From positions 248,001-279,341 of the forward strand of contig CBDAVP010000004.1 of the NCBI GenBank assembly GCA_965201075.1: 31,341 nt of DNA, written 5' to 3'. The notes beneath the pieces were generated by a model. It did no database searches. It was not told the DNA's origin and saw only the letters and a list, made by a program, of their open reading frames with translations. The position numbers and the translations under genes were made by a program. The stretch comes from Isosphaeraceae bacterium (GTDB lineage: Bacteria; Planctomycetota; Planctomycetia; Isosphaerales; Isosphaeraceae). Positions 16,513 through 23,964 of this stretch are shown piece by piece (position 1 is the first letter of the stretch; each line of letters begins with the position of its first letter).

Positions 16513-17550
16513 ATGAGGAACCTGGTCCGACCACTCGCGGCCTGGGTGTGCTGGGGCCTGGCCTCGACGGCCTTCGCGGACGAGCCGACGCTGAGCCGGT
16601 TCGAGGCGCGTGAAACCCACATGGGCACTGCCTTCTCCATCCTCTTATACGGCCCCGACGCCGAGTCGGCCAGCCGCGCCTTCCGCGCCGGGTTCGCCCG
16701 GATCGCCGCCCTCGACCTGGCGTTGAGCGACTACAACCCCGACAGCGAGCTGATGCGCCTTTGTGAACACGCCGGGGGGCCGCCGTTGACGGTCTCGGCC
16801 GACCTGTTCCACGTCCTCGACCGCTCGCGAGACGTCTGGTCCCGCTCCGGAGGCGCCTTCGACCCGACGATTGCCCCGGTGGTCCGCCTCTGGCGCAAGG
16901 CTCGTCGCGAAAAGGTCCTGCCTAACCCCGAATCCCTGGCCACCGCCCGCGCCCGCGTCGGCTTCGACTCGGTCAAACTCGACCCCAAGGCCCGCACCGT
17001 CGAACTGACCCGGCCCGGCACGAAGCTGGATTTGGGAGGCATCGCCAAGGGGTACGCCGCCTGGGAGGCGATCCAGACCTTGAAGCAAATGGGCGTCGAT
17101 CACGCCCTGGTCGCCGGCGCCGGGGACATCGCCTGTTCGGGACCGCCTCCAGGAAAGGACGGCTGGACGGTGGCCATCGCCGCCCCCGACGGAGGCCCCG
17201 GACGGTCGATCCTCCTGCACGACGCGGCGGCCTCCACCGCGGGCGACACCGAGCAGTTCGTCATCATCGACGGGACTCGCTACTCGCACATCGTCGACCC
17301 CAAGTCTGGCCTGGGGATGACGGATCTCATGTCGGTGACGGTCGTCGCCCCCGACGGAGCCACCGCCGACGCCCTGGACACCACGGCGCGCATCCTTGGC
17401 CCCGAGGCGGGGTTGAAGCTGATCGAAGCGACCCCGGGCGCCGCCGGCTACCTCGTCCGCGTCGCCCCCGACGGCACCCGCTCGGTCTTCGAATCGTCCC
17501 GCTTCCGAGAGCTACCCCCCGCCCCCGCCCCCGCCCCCGCCGACCCTTGA
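16513..17550 (+). CDS. apbE: FAD:protein FMN transferase (ApbE family)
   Basis: GGAGGAGG RBS and signal peptide (AFA-DE). Motifs HMGT, LSDYNPDSEL, GAFDPTI, DLGGIAKGYA, YSHIVDPKSG, ADALDT. Confidence 0.93.
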   Translation: MRNLVRPLAAWVCWGLASTAFADEPTLSRFEARETHMGTAFSILLYGPDAESASRAFRAGFARIAALDLALSDYNPDSELMRLCEHAGGPPLTVSADLFHVLDRSRDVWSRSGGAFDPTIAPVVRLWRKARREKVLPNPESLATARARVGFDSVKLDPKARTVELTRPGTKLDLGGIAKGYAAWEAIQTLKQMGVDHALVAGAGDIACSGPPPGKDGWTVAIAAPDGGPGRSILLHDAAASTAGDTEQFVIIDGTRYSHIVDPKSGLGMTDLMSVTVVAPDGATADALDTTARILGPEAGLKLIEATPGAAGYLVRVAPDGTRSVFESSRFRELPPAPAPAPADP

Positions 17551-19400
17551 TCCGCGGTTCCGTTGTCGACCGGGCGGGCCTCGCGTCCGAGCTTCGCCCG
17601 AAGCCGCTCCAGGACGGCATGCTGGGTTCGGTCGCCGGCCAGGTCCAGGGTTTCGCCGGGATCGGTCGTCAGGTCGTACAGCCGTTCGGTCCCATCTCCG
17701 TGGCGGTGGTACGCCTTTCCCTCGTCGAGCAGCACCGCGACCAGCCCCGGCGCTCCGCCTTGATAACGCAGAGCCGGCGAAAGCTCCGTCGAGGCGGAAT
17801 ACTCGGCGACGGGGGCCCGGCCCCCCACGACTCCCGAGACCAGGGAGCGGCCCGGCAGCGAGCCCTCCGCGCCGAGACCGGCCAGGTCCAGCAGGGTCGC
17901 CGGCAGATCCAGCAGGCTAACCGGGGCCTCAACCACCGTCCCCGGCGCGATCCGGCCGGGAGCGAGGATCGTCAGCGGGACGTGAACCTCCGGCTGATAG
18001 ACCGTCTGGCGGTGGCCGACAACCGGCTGGCCGCCTCGGGAGTGCTCGCCGAAATGCTCGCCGTGATCGGCCGTTACCACGATCACCGTGCGATCCAAGC
18101 GTCCCAGGCGGGCCAGGCCATCAAGGAACTGACCCAGGCGGTCGTCCAACGCCGTGAGGCAGGCGTGATACGCTTCGAGGGCCAGGCGTAACTCCTCGGG
18201 GCTGCGACGAGTGGCCAGCTCCTCCCCCCAGTCGCGCAAAACCCTCCGCTGGGCGAGGCTCAGGGGTGGGCCAAATCCCGAGGGTGGCAGGTAGGGGTCG
18301 TGGGCATCCAGGAAGTTCAGGAACGCGAAGTAGGGGCGACTCCTTGGCTGGGCGATCCAGTCCAGGGCCTCCCGGCCGACCGTCGAGGCGTCCTTGCGGG
18401 TGAAGGTCACCTCCAGGGGATGCGACGCCGGGCGCCCCGCGAGTTCGCAAAGGCGGTCCACGACCGGGACGATCCGTCGGCAGATCAGCCAGCCCAGCGA
18501 CGAGCAGCGCAGGGCTTCCAGGGGGGTAACCGGATACGCCTCGTAATGAGCGAACCCCCGGGCCAGCCCATATTCCGGAGAGCAAAACAGCGTGTTGGCC
18601 ACGAAGCCGCCCGTGTCGTAACCCCGGCGGGCCAGCGTCTCGGCAAGCGTGGGGAACCGGTCGTCCAGGGCCCGATCCGTCCCAAGAGCGAGTTCCGACG
18701 GCCGACGACCCGTGAACATCGCGGCATGCGATGGCAGCGTCCACGGGGCCGCGGCGATCGCCTTTTGAAAGCTCACACCGCGACGGGCCAGTGCCCCCAG
18801 CCTCGGCATCGGCCCGCCCGGGTCCAGCGCGTCGGCCCGGACGGTGTCCAGCACCAAAAGCACGATGTCGGGAGCCCCGGCCGTCGCCGTCCCCTCCGCC
18901 ATCGAGGTCGCGCCACCCACTCTCCGCTCCTGAGTGAACCGGACGCCCGCCATCGCCAGCACGACCAGGACCAGCGGCCTCGCGCTGAGGCGCACCACCG
19001 ACCGGAACGCGAAGGGGCGAGCGTCGATCAGCGGGACCAGCCAGCAGGCGACCCCGGTGGCCAGAAGCAAGCAAGCATTCAGCGGCAAGCCCGGGATCGC
19101 CAGCAATGGCGCGGCCACCGCCCCGAGGCCCAGCAGCCAGGGCCCCAGCGATCGGAGCCGGCCCGTGCCTCGACCGAGCGTCCACGACCAGACCCACCCG
19201 GCGAGCCCAAAGATCGCCAGGTCCGCCGCGGGGATCATCCACAAGTAATGGGGAGTCTTGCGGGCCAGGCCATGTTGCTCCCACTGGACCCGCGCGGCGA
19301 ACAGCCCAAGTTCGACGAACCCCACCACCAGGCCCGACCAGGCCGCCACCCCAACGGCCCCTGCAAACCCGGCCCCAGGGGTTGCTCGGAGAACCCCCAT
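17448..19400 (-). CDS. Membrane-anchored sulfatase-like hydrolase/transferase (alkaline phosphatase superfamily, Thr-type)
   Basis: About 5 N-terminal TM helices, then PDIVLLVLDTVRADAL, APWTLPSHAAMFTG, FLNFLDAHDPY, TADHGEHFGEH, LYDLTTDPGE. The ATG overlaps the upstream TAA (TAATG). The 3' end overlaps apbE by 103 bp. Confidence 0.88.
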   Translation of the reverse strand: MGVLRATPGAGFAGAVGVAAWSGLVVGFVELGLFAARVQWEQHGLARKTPHYLWMIPAADLAIFGLAGWVWSWTLGRGTGRLRSLGPWLLGLGAVAAPLLAIPGLPLNACLLLATGVACWLVPLIDARPFAFRSVVRLSARPLVLVVLAMAGVRFTQERRVGGATSMAEGTATAGAPDIVLLVLDTVRADALDPGGPMPRLGALARRGVSFQKAIAAAPWTLPSHAAMFTGRRPSELALGTDRALDDRFPTLAETLARRGYDTGGFVANTLFCSPEYGLARGFAHYEAYPVTPLEALRCSSLGWLICRRIVPVVDRLCELAGRPASHPLEVTFTRKDASTVGREALDWIAQPRSRPYFAFLNFLDAHDPYLPPSGFGPPLSLAQRRVLRDWGEELATRRSPEELRLALEAYHACLTALDDRLGQFLDGLARLGRLDRTVIVVTADHGEHFGEHSRGGQPVVGHRQTVYQPEVHVPLTILAPGRIAPGTVVEAPVSLLDLPATLLDLAGLGAEGSLPGRSLVSGVVGGRAPVAEYSASTELSPALRYQGGAPGLVAVLLDEGKAYHRHGDGTERLYDLTTDPGETLDLAGDRTQHAVLERLRAKLGREARPVDNGTADQGSAGAGAGAGGSSRKRDDSKTERVPSGATRTR

Positions 19401-19597
19401 TAGCGAGGCCCAGGGCGTGAGCCTCGGCCCCCCGCTCCCGGCCGAACGCCAACCGATCCCGCCGGGGCCGAGCGACGGGTCGTCCGCTGTAGCCAGGAAA
19501 CGAACACCCGACCCGCCACCAGAGCGGCGCCAACGGTGGAGGCGACCATCGAGGCGATCGGCAAGGTCGTCTCGGGTCCGAAGTAGGCAAACAGCAT
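19400..19597 (-). CDS. Small single-TM protein (65 aa) translationally coupled to the sulfatase-like gene
   Basis: MLFAYFGPETTLPIASMVASTVGAALVAGRVFVSWLQR... preceded by GGGGGA. Its TAA overlaps the next ATG. Confidence 0.6.
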   Translation of the reverse strand: MLFAYFGPETTLPIASMVASTVGAALVAGRVFVSWLQRTTRRSAPAGSVGVRPGAGGRGSRPGPR

Positions 19598-19885
19598 CGA
19601 CGTCCCCCAGGAAGGAGTTCCACACTGTCCAATCCAGGTAACACCCCTTGCCGTAAGAGGTCTCGCCGGCTCGCCGAACCCATGTGGCAAGGGTCCGGCA
19701 CGGACTCGTCCTCACAACGAACGGCCTCACCTCGCGATGAGCCGCCCGCCCTGGGGGATGGGACGAGTCGGGGACCTCCAACCGGCCACTCTTATCCAGC
19801 GTCACTTGCCCGAATCCCGCCCCGCGATTTTGCCGGACTGTTCGAAAAAACCACGAGTCCGACCCAGGCGGGGCTGGGTTGGTCT

Positions 19886-20233
19886 TCAAGCGTGGAATGT
19901 TGCAATCACCTCGATCGGTCCCACAAGATTCCGGTTGAACTCTTCCAACTCCTCAGCAGGCACCCAAAGCTCCTGAGCATGCCCCGCCCCGACTTTCTGG
20001 ACGGGGTAACGACTCGCGAACTTGGAACGGACCGCGAACCGCAGGACATACCCCGCGCCATGGTCCCGAACATTCCAGTTCCGGGAGATCCAGGCCGCGT
20101 ACTCCTCATTGGTGACGGGGTAGAAGATCGGCTGTTCGGGCAACCGCGGAGGGAAGGCCGTCCAGCCCGAAGCCTCGATCAACGCGAGTTCCGCCGGCCC
20201 GACGGGACGATACAGGATGGTGACGCTGTTCAT
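19886..20233 (-). CDS. Small conserved protein of the family usually annotated 'ADP-ribosylation/crystallin J1'
   Basis: Motifs LYRPVGPAEL, FPPRLPEQPIFYPV, NEEYA..I.RNWN, ELWVPAEELEEFN..LVGPIEV. AGGAGG RBS. Family recalled from motifs. Confidence 0.78.
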   Translation of the reverse strand: MNSVTILYRPVGPAELALIEASGWTAFPPRLPEQPIFYPVTNEEYAAWISRNWNVRDHGAGYVLRFAVRSKFASRYPVQKVGAGHAQELWVPAEELEEFNRNLVGPIEVIATFHA

Positions 20234-20341
20234 GGGGCCGAGCCTCCTGCTTCGGACACATCGAAGCCCTGCTCGTGCGACGGACAATCGAGGAAGGATC
20301 CAGAAACGCGGCATGTTTCCGTGGATGGGCGTCGAGAGGGG

Positions 20342-20944
20342 TCAAGTGGTGGCATGCGCCCTTGCGACGATCGCTTGAATCACTCCCAGGATACCCCCGA
20401 CATCATCCAGGTAATAACGCCTCCGATCGATCGCCGCCGAGTCCCCGGTCAATTCGAGGAACTGCCAGACCTCGCCCGTGGTGACGCATCCAAAGATAGG
20501 AGCCGCATGGCCGGCCGCCCGGTTGAACATCTCGGCGGCCACCATCTGCGCCACGCACTGGCCGAGGCCGACCTCGATGTCATTCTTCTTCGCCTCGACG
20601 ATCGTGGCGATCGGGGCCCGCAGGGGAGGGACGGGCGGGGCGGCCGCCAGGATGAAGTCGCACTCGCCGACGAGCCCCCGCCCGGGATCGACGTCGAGCC
20701 GCTGACCGGAAAAGATCGCCAGGGGCGTCGGGCTGAGGTCGCGGCTGGCCAGCAGGATCGGCACGACGATGAACTCACTGCGAGACTTCTCGCTAATGAG
20801 CGACAACTGCGTCCGCTTGGCCAGCGTTTCGCGGAGCCAATCCGGCACCTCGACCGGCGGAGGCCCGGGGAAGAGGTCCGCCTCGCGAGTGGTGACACCG
20901 AGGGCCTGATCGACCCGTTCGAGGGTGAAATCGCTGTAGGTCAT
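20342..20944 (-). CDS. PD-(D/E)XK nuclease-like protein (HsdR N-terminal-like hypothetical)
   Basis: MTYSDFTL start. Motifs SEKSRSEFIVVPIL, GECDFIL, IVEAKK (D...ExK), QCVAQMVAA, GCVTTGEVWQFL. Confidence 0.75.
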   Translation of the reverse strand: MTYSDFTLERVDQALGVTTREADLFPGPPPVEVPDWLRETLAKRTQLSLISEKSRSEFIVVPILLASRDLSPTPLAIFSGQRLDVDPGRGLVGECDFILAAAPPVPPLRAPIATIVEAKKNDIEVGLGQCVAQMVAAEMFNRAAGHAAPIFGCVTTGEVWQFLELTGDSAAIDRRRYYLDDVGGILGVIQAIVARAHATT

Positions 20945-21039
20945 CGAGGACGCCCTGGCGAGGCTTCCGGGGAGACCGAACCCGGGGCATGGTCGAATGG
21001 AAATCGCTCCGACGCAAGCGTTGCCCCTCCGCCCCTGCC

Positions 21040-21072
21040 GCCTCACGGCCAAGTTCAGCGGACCCGGCCACG
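21040..21072 (-). other. Possible half attC site (right arm only, degenerate)
   Basis: The minus strand reads CCGGGTCC-GCTGAAC-TTGGCC-GTGAGGC: an L'-like 7-mer, a 6-nt spacer and an R' box one mismatch from GTTRRRY. It lies just downstream of the toxin-like fragment. No matching left arm found. Confidence 0.35.
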
Positions 21073-21085
21073 AACAATCCGGCGC

Positions 21086-21200
21086 TCAGCCGAGACTGAT
21101 GAGTCGATCGTATTCCGCGTGGATCCCCATCCAGAACCAGACCAGGTCAGACCCATCCTCAATGGCAACGACCCGACGGTAGCCAGCTATTCCAACATCC
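21086..21200 (-). pseudogene. C-terminal fragment of a RelE/ParE-like toxin
   Basis: VGIAGYRRVVAIEDGSDLVWFWMGIHAEYDRLI* resembles the YRA...WFWIGxHAEYDRL ending of small RelE/ParE-like proteins. The N-terminal part is missing. Confidence 0.55.
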
Positions 21201-21240
21201 TGTGACAATTGTCGATAATGAGAATGTCCCGTTTTCCTTT

Positions 21241-21327
21241 TCCCGGACGTTCCAGTTCCGGGTGATCCGGGCCGCGTACTCCTCATTGGTGACCGAAGAG
21301 ACGAATGGCTGTTCGGGCAAACCCGGA
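21241..21327 (-). pseudogene. Degenerate internal duplicate of the 19886-20233 gene
   Basis: An 87-bp segment matching 20064-20150. It translates LPEQPFVSSVTNEEYAARITRNWNVR versus LPEQPIFYPVTNEEYAAWISRNWNVR. Confidence 0.85.
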
Positions 21328-21464
21328 ATCCCCTGCCCTGGCGACGAACGACCCAGACGGTTGGCAGGTTGCGACCCATCGCTGTATGATAGGCCGATCG
21401 CTTCCGAGGCTAAGCTTAGTCGCAAGCGTGGGCGACGACTTGATCCCCGCGAAAGGAGCCACCA

Positions 21465-21743
21465 ATGGAAGGAGTCGCGATCGATTCGACCGTCCCGCCC
21501 ATCTCATCGGAAGGCAAGGCATCTGGTAGGGCCCCCGAAATTTATCGATTGGAATTCCTAGTGGGTGATCACATCCTTGAACATCTTCAAAAAACCGCCG
21601 AGCGAGTCGGTGGGGATCTTAGCATCGCGTTCTTGAAAGCCGTCGGTCTCCACATGATGGCCACCGACGGAATCAAGGACGGGAAGCACCTCATCCTCAC
21701 GGATCAAGAAGTATCCGACGGTATCGAACTGGTGGGATTCTGA
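21465..21743 (+). CDS. Small hypothetical protein, ribbon-helix-helix-like
   Basis: AAAGGAG RBS. The pattern YRLEFLV (strand), DHILEHLQKTAERVG (helix), DLSIAFLKAVGL (helix) fits a CopG/RHH layout. Confidence 0.55.
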   Translation: MEGVAIDSTVPPISSEGKASGRAPEIYRLEFLVGDHILEHLQKTAERVGGDLSIAFLKAVGLHMMATDGIKDGKHLILTDQEVSDGIELVGF

Positions 21744-21748
21744 CCATC

Positions 21749-22048
21749 GTGGGCGGCACCCGCAAGTACGACGTGAGCGAACTCATCAGCCAGCCGGGCA
21801 TGACCGCCAAGGTGATCCTCGAAAAGGACGCGGACCCGGAGGCGAGCAAGCGGGCCCACGAACTTGAACTGCAAGGTTTGCGGTACCGCGAGCGGGCAAT
21901 GTATGCCCTCCTGATCTTCACGGGTATCGTCTTCGTCGTGTCTTTTGCGGCGGGGCAATATCAGGCCGGCGAAAAAATCGTCATCGCCGGGATTGGGACG
22001 GTGGCCGGCTTCGTCATTGGAAGTAGCACCAAAAACCGGGGCGACTAG
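21749..22048 (+). CDS. Small two-TM membrane protein (99 aa)
   Basis: GTG 5 bp after the upstream stop. TM segments AMYALLIFTGIVFVVSFAA and IVIAGIGTVAGFVIG, with a basic tail. Confidence 0.65.
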   Translation: MGGTRKYDVSELISQPGMTAKVILEKDADPEASKRAHELELQGLRYRERAMYALLIFTGIVFVVSFAAGQYQAGEKIVIAGIGTVAGFVIGSSTKNRGD

Positions 22049-22286
22049 GTTAGCTCGAACAGGACTTGCTCATAATTGGCGAGCGGCCCGATTATCATCC
22101 GCGCGTGCCAATCCGGCTCGGCGATCTCATGCGGCGGGCGGTCCGGAGCATCGGCGACACCCACGAAACCTTTCGGGCCGGACTGTTTCGCACCGGTCCG
22201 ACTCGTCACGGCGACCCGCTTCAGACTGACTTGAAATCAGGTCAGCCGATGTTGTCCGCTTCTCGCAGGAAGGCGACCTGATTCCT

Positions 22287-22340
22287 CCAAGGCTAACCAC
22301 CGGGCGGGATCGTCGATGATCCCGCCCGGCTTCGCCTTGG
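22287..22340 (-). terminator. Strong stem-loop downstream of the DUF1501 gene (putative terminator or REP-like hairpin)
   Basis: CCGGGCGGGATC-GTCGAT-GATCCCGCCCGG at 22300-22329, extended by CCAAGGC/GCCTTGG. It lies about 30 bp past the stop. The U-tract is weak. Confidence 0.55.
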
Positions 22341-22371
22341 GCTCCCGCCTCGCCCTCCGGCGGCCCCGAGA

Positions 22372-23871
<1,500 letters not shown>

Positions 23872-23923
23872 GGACGGGACTCCTTTGCGGGGGGTGGGTT
23901 GGGGGTTGGGTTGTCGACGGGTT

Positions 23924-23951
23924 GGGGGCGACCGTCGCGACGGTCGCCCCC
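23924..23951. repeat. Perfect 28-bp palindrome between the DUF1549/1553 and DUF1501 genes
   Basis: GGGGGCGACCGTCG|CGACGGTCGCCCCC is its own reverse complement. Confidence 0.9.
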
Positions 23952-23964
23952 GCACTCGGCCGGT

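Noticed and set aside
10455..19400. FGE genes as maturases for the neighbouring sulfatase
   Set aside because: The FGE-fold proteins lack the catalytic cysteines and are secreted. The neighbouring enzyme has WTLPSH instead of the [C/S]xPxR formylglycine motif.
19682..21205. 507-aa plus-strand ORF
   Set aside because: Antisense shadow spanning two better-supported minus-strand genes that have recognisable family motifs.
22066..22281. 71-aa ORF after the 2TM gene
   Set aside because: TTG start, no clear RBS and no recognisable features, so not supportable as a gene.
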